Source of the DNA: Nitrospiraceae bacterium | GTDB lineage: Bacteria; Nitrospirota; Nitrospiria; Nitrospirales; Nitrospiraceae | Direction: 5' to 3' | DNA: 35,691 bases | NCBI GenBank assembly: GCA_037442105.1 | Contig: JBBIQV010000033.1 | Coordinates: 1 to 35,691 of the forward strand | Shown: one piece after another, positions 29,165 to 35,691 of the stretch | Numbering within the stretch: the stretch's first letter is position 1 | Layout of the letters: every line of letters starts with the position of its first letter | The notes under the pieces: model-generated | Seen by the model: only the letters and a program-made list of their open reading frames with translations | Database searches by the model: none | What the model was told of the DNA's origin: nothing | Program-made: the position numbers and the translations under genes

Positions 29165-29352
29165 TAGGAGCCTGTCCGACATTGCCGTTCGTGACGAGGC
29201 GAAGGAGATGCGGCCAGATGCGAGGCCGCAGGCCCTGAAAAACCGGAGGTGTATTCGCTGGAATACATTGAGGATTTTTCTGGGCCGAGAACGACGCAGA
29301 TGGCTGCAGATCGTTCGCCGTAGTAGAAGGGTCAATGTCGGACAGGCTCCTA
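29165..29352 (+). mobile_element. MITE-like structured element A
   Basis: perfect 20-bp inverted ends TAGGAGCCTGTCCGACATTG / CAATGTCGGACAGGCTCCTA including TA on both sides; nested internal stems. Confidence 0.8.
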
Positions 29353-30129
29353 AGGAAGCAGCCCGACGATGCGGACAGGCCCGCCCGTTCCCCCTCTGAT
29401 CTTCATCGGAAGCGCCATCACCGTAGCGCCGGCGGGCGGCAGCCGATCGAGGTTGGCCACGTTCTCCAGTCCATAGACATCGGCGCCGTTCACAATCCGA
29501 TGAACGATGAAATCCTGCGACGGGCCTTGGTCGATACTGGGCGTATCGATCCCCACCCCGTCGATTGCGCGTTCCTTCACGAGGAATTCTGCCGCCTCTT
29601 TGGAGAAACCGGGGAAGTGGAGCGTCTTCGTGTCGTGTGGCGTCTCGCTCCCCAGATATTTGTTTCGATCGGGCCATCGCTTCCCCCACCCCGAGTACAT
29701 GAACACGATCGCGCCATCAGGAATCCGACCATGCTGTGATTCCCAGGACAGGATGTCGTCCACCGTCAAGCGATAATCGCGATCCCGTTCGACCGCCTTC
29801 GCAACATCGACGACGACCGCTGGCCCAACCAACTTCCGCAGCGGAATCTCGTCGAGGGCTTGCCGCCCCTGACCGAAGTGAATCGGCGCATCGATATGGG
29901 TGCCGCCGTGTTCGGACATCGTGAAGTCTCCGGAAGCGTACCAGTAGCCGGCAGCCGTCATGCCCCAAGCCGTTTTTTCCCATGCAAAGGGTTTGTTCGT
30001 CGGCCAGACGATGGTGTGCTCATCGAATGGATACGTCAGATCGATCAATTTCCAGTCATCGATTTCTGCCCAGCCAATGGTAGGAATCACGCACAAGACG
30101 GCTGCGAGTAAGGACACGGGTTGTTGCAT
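29350..30129 (-). CDS. cyclase-family (kynurenine formamidase-like) metal hydrolase with signal peptide
   Basis: EHGGTHIDAPIH, GIDTPSID, GLENV, GGTGGPVR. Confidence 0.9.
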   Translation of the reverse strand: MQQPVSLLAAVLCVIPTIGWAEIDDWKLIDLTYPFDEHTIVWPTNKPFAWEKTAWGMTAAGYWYASGDFTMSEHGGTHIDAPIHFGQGRQALDEIPLRKLVGPAVVVDVAKAVERDRDYRLTVDDILSWESQHGRIPDGAIVFMYSGWGKRWPDRNKYLGSETPHDTKTLHFPGFSKEAAEFLVKERAIDGVGIDTPSIDQGPSQDFIVHRIVNGADVYGLENVANLDRLPPAGATVMALPMKIRGGTGGPVRIVGLLP

Positions 30130-30162
30130 GGCAACCTCCGCTATGAAAAGATCTAGCGCACG

Positions 30163-31308
30163 ATGAGCCAGTCTCTTGTCTCACTCACCGGCCACCGTTT
30201 CACCGTGGAGTATCTCCTTCGGGGAACCGAAGCGCAAGCCCGCCGGGCGGCAGAACTCCTGTGCCTCGATCAGACGATCGAGGCTCCCGCCGACATTCTT
30301 CCTTCTACTCCGAATAGTACAGATATTCTTGGACGGATCGAGATATTCACTATCAAGCAAACCGACCGGTTTCGGCTCACTGTCAGTTACCCGGTAGAGT
30401 TGTTCGGCTCAACCTGCGCACAGTTGCTTCACACGCTTTTCGGCACCACGAGCATGAAGCGAGGAATTCGACTGACAGAATTCGACCTGCCTGACCCGCT
30501 CCCTGATGGGTGGCCAGGCCCTCGCTTCGGACGAACCGGCATGCGGGTACTGACCGATGTGCCGCAGCGCCCGCTGATCTGCGCGGTCTTGAAACCGCTC
30601 GGTCTTTCCCCGCAAGCGCTGGCCGACCTCGCGCTCCAGTTTGCATTGGGCGGCGTTGATGTAATCAAAGACGATCAGGGCCTGGCAGATCATCCGTTCT
30701 GTCCGTTTGCAGAACGGATCGAACGCTGCGCCGAGGCTGTGGCTAGAGCCAACCACGAGACCGGCAGGAGATGCCTCTACGCGCCGCACGTTACCGGCCC
30801 GTGGGAACTTCTTCATGCGCAATGTCTCCTGGCAAAACAGGCCGGAGCCGGCGGCCTCCTGACTTGTCCGGGGCTCACCGGCTACGACACTCTTCATAAG
30901 ATTGCCTGTGACGATGCCATTGCACTTCCGATCATGAGCCACCCAGCCATGCTGGGCAGCTATTATGTCTCCCCCGACAGCGGGATCGCACCGTCCGTGT
31001 TGTTCGGCCAACTCCCGCGCCTAGCCGGTGCCGACGTGACGATCTTCCCCATCTATGGATTGGAGTTTCCGATATCCCGTGAGGATTGCGAGGCGATCGC
31101 AGTCTCTTGCGGTCGGTCCTGGGGTAGCTTGAAACCGATCTTCCCGACGGCTGCCGGTCGGATGGGGGTGGAGCGGGTGAAGGAAATGGTCGAGGTCTAT
31201 GGACCGGATGTGGTCTTTGTTCTGGGGAGTCATGTCCGACGATATCCCGAAGGATTTGCGAGGGCGTGCCGTCAATTCGTTGCCGAGGTTGAACGGTGCA
31301 CCGGGTAG
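30163..31308 (+). CDS. RuBisCO-like protein (form IV)
   Basis: GPRFG..G.R, LKP.GLS, GG.DVIKDDQGL, SHPA, RLAGAD. Confidence 0.9.
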   Translation: MSQSLVSLTGHRFTVEYLLRGTEAQARRAAELLCLDQTIEAPADILPSTPNSTDILGRIEIFTIKQTDRFRLTVSYPVELFGSTCAQLLHTLFGTTSMKRGIRLTEFDLPDPLPDGWPGPRFGRTGMRVLTDVPQRPLICAVLKPLGLSPQALADLALQFALGGVDVIKDDQGLADHPFCPFAERIERCAEAVARANHETGRRCLYAPHVTGPWELLHAQCLLAKQAGAGGLLTCPGLTGYDTLHKIACDDAIALPIMSHPAMLGSYYVSPDSGIAPSVLFGQLPRLAGADVTIFPIYGLEFPISREDCEAIAVSCGRSWGSLKPIFPTAAGRMGVERVKEMVEVYGPDVVFVLGSHVRRYPEGFARACRQFVAEVERCTG

Positions 31309-31410
31309 CACTTGCTGCCCGTTCCTCTCCATCACTTTACGTACCGCGCCGATCCTGTTCGTCCATTTCTGCTAGACTTCAGCCAGTCGAAGTGAAGCGG
31401 GAGGTGTCCA

Positions 31411-31764
31411 ATGATCTCCGCCATCAACTCTGCTCTGTCCGGGCTTACAGCCTTCAAGCGCAAGATCGAGGTGACATCCCACAATGTCGCGAACGTGAAT
31501 ACCGACGGTTTTAAAATGTCGCGGACCGACTTCGTTGAAGTCGCCGGTGGTGGAGTACAGGCAACAGTCCAAAAAGACAATGCTCCGGGTCCGCAGGTCC
31601 TCAAGGATACTTCTCAAGGTCCTGCCCAAGTCGAACTCTCCAACACCGATCTGGGGGAAGAGGCTGTCAATCTGATCATCGGTCAACGTGGATTCGAGGC
31701 AAACCTCAAAGTTCTCCAGACCACGGACCAGGTCCTAGGCAGCGTCCTCGATATCCGGAAATAG
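31411..31764 (+). CDS. short flagellar basal-body rod/hook-family protein
   Basis: SGL...HNVAN.NT.GFK N-terminus; ELSNTDL.EE...FEAN C-terminus; GGGAGG SD. Confidence 0.82.
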   Translation: MISAINSALSGLTAFKRKIEVTSHNVANVNTDGFKMSRTDFVEVAGGGVQATVQKDNAPGPQVLKDTSQGPAQVELSNTDLGEEAVNLIIGQRGFEANLKVLQTTDQVLGSVLDIRK

Positions 31765-31865
31765 GCATTCCGCCCCCACACCGTGACCAAGACCGCTGCT
31801 ATGTGTAACAGGCACTGACCCAGCGATCTGGCAGTCGGGCAAGCCTCTGTGGTATTCCACTGATC

Positions 31866-34055
31866 ATGGCTGCCGGCACGGTGCTGCTGATCATCCCTCC
31901 GCTTACCCAACTTAATACACCCTATCCCTCCACTGCTTACCTGACCGGATTCCTGCGCTCGCGTGGCTATTCGGTCGCCCAAGCGGACGTCGGCATCGAA
32001 ATGGTCCTGGCACTCTTCTCTCGTGCTGAGCTGACACGCGTGTTCGACCATCTGCGCACAAGAGAACAGGAACTGCCGGGGGAAGCCAAGCAGATGCTGG
32101 CACTCGCGCAAGCCTACCTCGATTCTATCGAGCCGGTCATCGGCTTTCTCCAAGGACGCGATCCCATGATGGCCACGCGACTCTGCCAGCGTGGGTTTCT
32201 CCCCCAGGGCCCCAGATTTGCCGCTCGGGCTGATCAGGTGTCCGCAATGCAAGCGGCCCCCTCGACAGACCACGCACGCCACCTCGCCACGCTGTTCCTG
32301 GAAGATCTCACAGACCTGGTGCATGAAACCGTATCACCGCATTTTGCACTGAGCCGCTATGCCGAGCAGATCACCTCTTCAGCCTCTTCTTTCGACCGGA
32401 TTCAGCAGGCCTTGGAGACGCCTCCCTGTTTCACGGATGATTTGATGTTGAACTGCCTCCGGCGACACATTGATGAGACCCACCCGACGGTGATCGGGCT
32501 GACTGTTCCCTTCCCGGGCAACCTCTATGGAGCTTTCCGGATTGCTCAGGCATTAAAAGCACAACAGCCACCTCTGAAGGTAGTTCTCGGCGGGGGGTAC
32601 GTCAATACCGAGCTGCGCCGTCTTCAAGACGCTCGCGTGTTCGACTACGTCGATTACGTCACGTTAGATGATGGAGAGCGCCCTTTGCTCTGCTTGCTCG
32701 AACACTTGGAAGGGAGGCGCGACAGGGCGAACCTCTGCCGGACTTTTGTCCGAAGGAATAGTAAGGTGATCTATTGTGACGGAGCTGCGGAACCGGACGT
32801 GCGCATTGCGGAGCTTGGCTCTCCAACCTACCAAGGACTGCCGCTCGGTCGCTATCTGTCCATCCTCGATACGCTCAACCCGATGCACCGGCTGTGGTCG
32901 GAAGGACATTGGAACAAACTGACCGTCGCGCACGGCTGCTACTGGAAACAATGCACCTTCTGCGATGTAGGGCTGGATTACATCGGTCGCTATGAAGCCG
33001 CACCGAGCGAAACCCTGGCAGACCGGATCGAATTGCTGATCGCCGAAACCGGACAACGCGGCTTTCATTTTGTAGACGAAGCGGCGCCGCCGGCCGGGCT
33101 CAAAGCGCTGGCGCTCACGCTGCTCGAACGAGGCGTGGCGATCAGTTGGTGGGGCAACATCCGGTTCGAAGAAGCCTTTACGCCGGACCTCTGCCGTTTG
33201 CTGGCTGCGTCGGGGTGTGTGGCGATCACGGCAGGCCTTGAAGCAGCATCGGATCGCTTATTAGAGGAGATGAAAAAGGGCATCACGGTCGCCCAGACCG
33301 CGCGCGTAGCAGCCGCATTTCGCCAGGCCGGGATTCTCGTCCATGCCTATCTGATGTATGGCTGTCCCGGCGAGACGATCGAAGACACTGTCGATAGCCT
33401 GGAACGGGTTCGGCAACTTTTCGCAGCCGGCCTCATTCAATCGGCCTTTTGGCATAAGTTCACCGCAACAGCCCATAGTCCGATCGGGCTCAATCCTCAG
33501 GCGCACGGCATCCACATTACCGGGCCAACGTTTCAAGGATTTGCAGAGAATGATCTGGCCCACATCGATCCGACCGGCGGCACTCCGGCCTGGGTGGGCG
33601 ATGGCTTGCGAACGGCTCTGTCTAACTACATGGAGGGAAATGGGCTCACGGTCGATGTGCGACGCTGGTTTACCGAGCCGGTCAAGCGGCCACGTGTAAC
33701 TCCTAACTGGGTCAAGGTGGTGTTGGCGGCGCAGCAGCGGGGTGATCTATCAGCCGAACGGCGTTTCGTCTGGATCGGCGGCCGGCCTGTGTTGGAACGA
33801 CGGGGAAAACAAAGCCGCATCATCCTTCCCAACAAGACGGAGGATACAACACTGACAGTCACACCTGAGACAACTTCCTGGCTCATGGAATTGATCCACG
33901 CTGCCACGCCGACTCGGGAGAAACATGGCGAAACCTATCCCAGATTCAAACACGTTCGGGCAACCTATCCTCTCGGCGGAGCGAACGGGTTCGACCGCTA
34001 CCTGCAGTCTTCCACCTGGAAAGCAGCCAGGACGATCGGCTTACTGCTGGTCTGA
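31866..34055 (+). CDS. B12-binding domain radical SAM protein
   Basis: PP..QLNTPYP, VVLGGG, HGCYWKQCTFCD, FHFVDEA, GLE. Confidence 0.9.
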   Translation: MAAGTVLLIIPPLTQLNTPYPSTAYLTGFLRSRGYSVAQADVGIEMVLALFSRAELTRVFDHLRTREQELPGEAKQMLALAQAYLDSIEPVIGFLQGRDPMMATRLCQRGFLPQGPRFAARADQVSAMQAAPSTDHARHLATLFLEDLTDLVHETVSPHFALSRYAEQITSSASSFDRIQQALETPPCFTDDLMLNCLRRHIDETHPTVIGLTVPFPGNLYGAFRIAQALKAQQPPLKVVLGGGYVNTELRRLQDARVFDYVDYVTLDDGERPLLCLLEHLEGRRDRANLCRTFVRRNSKVIYCDGAAEPDVRIAELGSPTYQGLPLGRYLSILDTLNPMHRLWSEGHWNKLTVAHGCYWKQCTFCDVGLDYIGRYEAAPSETLADRIELLIAETGQRGFHFVDEAAPPAGLKALALTLLERGVAISWWGNIRFEEAFTPDLCRLLAASGCVAITAGLEAASDRLLEEMKKGITVAQTARVAAAFRQAGILVHAYLMYGCPGETIEDTVDSLERVRQLFAAGLIQSAFWHKFTATAHSPIGLNPQAHGIHITGPTFQGFAENDLAHIDPTGGTPAWVGDGLRTALSNYMEGNGLTVDVRRWFTEPVKRPRVTPNWVKVVLAAQQRGDLSAERRFVWIGGRPVLERRGKQSRIILPNKTEDTTLTVTPETTSWLMELIHAATPTREKHGETYPRFKHVRATYPLGGANGFDRYLQSSTWKAARTIGLLLV

Positions 34056-34057
34056 GA

Positions 34058-34087
34058 GAGAAGAGCCGCCCATAGGCGGCTCTTCTC
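34058..34087. terminator. hairpin between convergent genes, likely bidirectional terminator
   Basis: GAGAAGAGCCGCC-CATA-GGCGGCTCTTCTC, perfect 13-bp stem. Confidence 0.7.
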
Positions 34088-34109
34088 GTTTCATCGACGA
34101 ATAAGGAAG

Positions 34110-34745
34110 CTACTTGTTCGGTTGCGGGGTATAGCGCAGATAGGGCTTGACCGTTTTGAAGCCTCTGGGAAACAGCGTCCGGGCTTCGGCGTCGGATACG
34201 GCTGGGGTGATGATGCAATCCTCGCCATCTTTCCAGTTTGCCGGAGTCGCCACCTTGAACTTGGACGTCAATTGGAGCGAGTCTACGACGCGCAATAGCT
34301 CATCGAAGTTGCGCCCACACGACGCCGGGTACGTGAGCGTCAGTTTGATTTTCTTGTCCGGCCCGATCACGAACACGGAACGTACCGTCATATTGTCCAG
34401 CGCGTTCGGATGGATCATGTCGTAGAGGGTGGCCACCTTCTTGTCCGGATCGGCGATGATGGGATAGTTCATCGTCGTCTTCTGAGTCTCATTGATGTCG
34501 TTGATCCAGCCCTTGTGCGAATCCAGCGGATCCACGCTTATCGCAATGACCTTGACTCCCCGTTTCTTGAACTCCGGGGTAATCTTTGCCACCGTACCCA
34601 ACTCGGTCGTACAGACCGGTGTAAAGTCCTTCGGATGCGAAAAAAGAATTCCCCATCCGTTGCCCAACCACTCGTGAAAATTGATAGTCCCCTCTGTCGT
34701 CTCCGCCGTAAAGTTCGGCGCTTCATCTCCTAATCGTAGTGCCAT
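34110..34745 (-). CDS. 1-Cys peroxiredoxin (Prx6 type)
   Basis: FSHPKDFTPVCTTE, GRNFDE, ATPANW; GGAGGA SD before ATG 34745. Confidence 0.95.
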   Translation of the reverse strand: MALRLGDEAPNFTAETTEGTINFHEWLGNGWGILFSHPKDFTPVCTTELGTVAKITPEFKKRGVKVIAISVDPLDSHKGWINDINETQKTTMNYPIIADPDKKVATLYDMIHPNALDNMTVRSVFVIGPDKKIKLTLTYPASCGRNFDELLRVVDSLQLTSKFKVATPANWKDGEDCIITPAVSDAEARTLFPRGFKTVKPYLRYTPQPNK

Positions 34746-34880
34746 GGGCCCCTCCTCCACCTGTCTATCAGTTAAGGATTATGAGTGATCGACTCGCTGC
34801 TGTCGGGTACGATACTGCCATCCATGAACCAAGTTCAAGTAGGAAGGAGGCCGGGCGATCCGCGCTTCTATTCTCGGGAG

Positions 34881-34957
34881 GGGGACAGGCCCCAGGCAGA
34901 AGGGGGCCAGTCCCCAGCGGGCTGGTCGGTGACGGGACCCCATTTTCAAAGCAGAGG
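34881..34957. repeat. REP-like palindrome cluster
   Basis: GGGGACAGGCCCC...GGGGCCAGTCCCC hairpin plus CCCCATTTTCAAAGCAGA, 17/18 identical to the reverse complement of 19627-19644. Confidence 0.55.
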
Positions 34958-35025
34958 CTATCCCGCTCAAGGTACAGGAAAATCATCCGAAAAGAGCTGT
35001 GACGACTTGCAGGAGGTCCTTTCAA

Positions 35026-35388
35026 ATGGATGCAACGAAGCCAACCCGACCGAAACTTCGCTTGCCCACCGACAGGATGTACCAATTGCTGCGGGAAGGG
35101 TGCATCACCGAGTTTAACGCCAAGAAGGCGGCGGGCGAAAAAACGGACCTGCGGGGATGCGATTTGCGCGGCCTCGACCTGCGGGGGTTGGACGCCGCCG
35201 GATTGGACTTCAGCGATAGCTACTTCCGTCAAGCCGACTTGCGGGGGGTTGATTTTCGGAATGCCCGGCTCGAAGGGGCCAGTATCAATGCTTCGAAAAT
35301 TTCAGGGACCTACTTCCCGCCTGAGCTTACCGCGTCGGAAATTGAACTGTCTCTCCTCCACGGCACCCGCATGCGGTATCGGTCTTAA
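35026..35388 (+). CDS. pentapeptide repeat protein
   Basis: DLRGC DLRGL DLRGL ... ADLRG repeats; AGGAGG SD before ATG 35026. Confidence 0.9.
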   Translation: MDATKPTRPKLRLPTDRMYQLLREGCITEFNAKKAAGEKTDLRGCDLRGLDLRGLDAAGLDFSDSYFRQADLRGVDFRNARLEGASINASKISGTYFPPELTASEIELSLLHGTRMRYRS

Positions 35389-35600
35389 CCCGCATTATTC
35401 ATGAACGCTTCTGCTGCAATCGCGGATTCGCCGCTGCGACAAGCCGGCATGCGGCGTTGGGGCATGCCGGCGGGCGGGCTCGCCCCTCGCGGCCTCAACG
35501 TACTGTTTCAAATACGCCTCGGCCGCGATGGGCTTCACGCGCCCGTCTCGCTTAGCGACTCCACGATTTCGCGACGAACCGTCATGAATAATGCGGGCTA
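35386..35600 (-). mobile_element. MITE-like structured element B
   Basis: perfect 16-bp inverted ends CCCGCATTATTCATGA (35389-35404) / TCATGAATAATGCGGG (35582-35597), TA one base outside each; nested stems. Confidence 0.8.
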
Positions 35601-35636
35601 ACCGTCGGACAAAACGGAATTCACGTGAAGATTGAG

Positions 35637-35691
35637 TGGTGCGCCCGGCTGGAATCGAACCAGCGACCCTCAGCTTAGAAGGCTGATGCTC
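35637..35691 (-). tRNA. tRNA-Arg(UCU), 5' end cut off by the window edge
   Basis: reverse complement: TCAGC-CT-TCT-AA-GCTGA anticodon arm, GGTTCGATTCC T arm, encoded CCA. Confidence 0.93.

Noticed and set aside
29127..29399. ORFs crossing element A (and 35401-35601 in element B)
   Set aside because: Chance frames in palindromic elements; no SD or transposase motifs.
31848..31868. TGTGG-TATTCC 7 nt before the radical SAM ATG as a leaderless promoter
   Set aside because: Lacks the conserved final T of the -10 element; too weak to report.
35149..35250. 15-nt periodic DNA repeats (GACCTGCGGGG-like)
   Set aside because: Explained by pentapeptide-repeat coding; not a CRISPR array.
35602..35691. 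Possible genomic island at the tRNA-Arg 3' end
   Set aside because: No integrase or duplicated tRNA end seen; neighbouring genes look native.

Overview
GC-rich bacterial chromosomal window, probably Nitrospira/Nitrospirota (inferred from gene content, the form IV RuBisCO-like protein and the style of intergenic repeats; not verified by search). It is mostly housekeeping and signalling DNA: ampG, mtaB-miaB, a mutY-mutT-3'-5' exonuclease operon, an FKBP PPIase, vanZ-pilZ, two HD-GYP-type proteins, SDR, NUDIX, an rlmL-like methyltransferase, a large repeat lipoprotein, a CHASE3 kinase/NarL pair, an SGNH protein, lon, msrB, a hybrid kinase, a cyclase-family hydrolase, a RuBisCO-like protein, an orphan flagellar rod-like protein, a B12 radical SAM enzyme, a 1-Cys peroxiredoxin, a pentapeptide protein and a partial tRNA-Arg(UCU). 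I saw no CRISPR array, transposase, prophage or defence system. The most interesting signal is non-coding. Two MITE-like elements of about 190-215 bp (29165-29352 and 35386-35600) have unrelated terminal inverted repeats, yet share one internal architecture with compensatory base changes, and both sit on the TA of a stop codon. Other highlights: a sigma54/IHF-type promoter ahead of an unannotated 27-aa membrane peptide, a probably leaderless mtaB transcript, two HD-GYP domains degenerate at different motifs, and an in-frame heptamer-repeat insertion in a receiver domain. Gene starts were refined by eye from SD motifs and ATGA overlaps.
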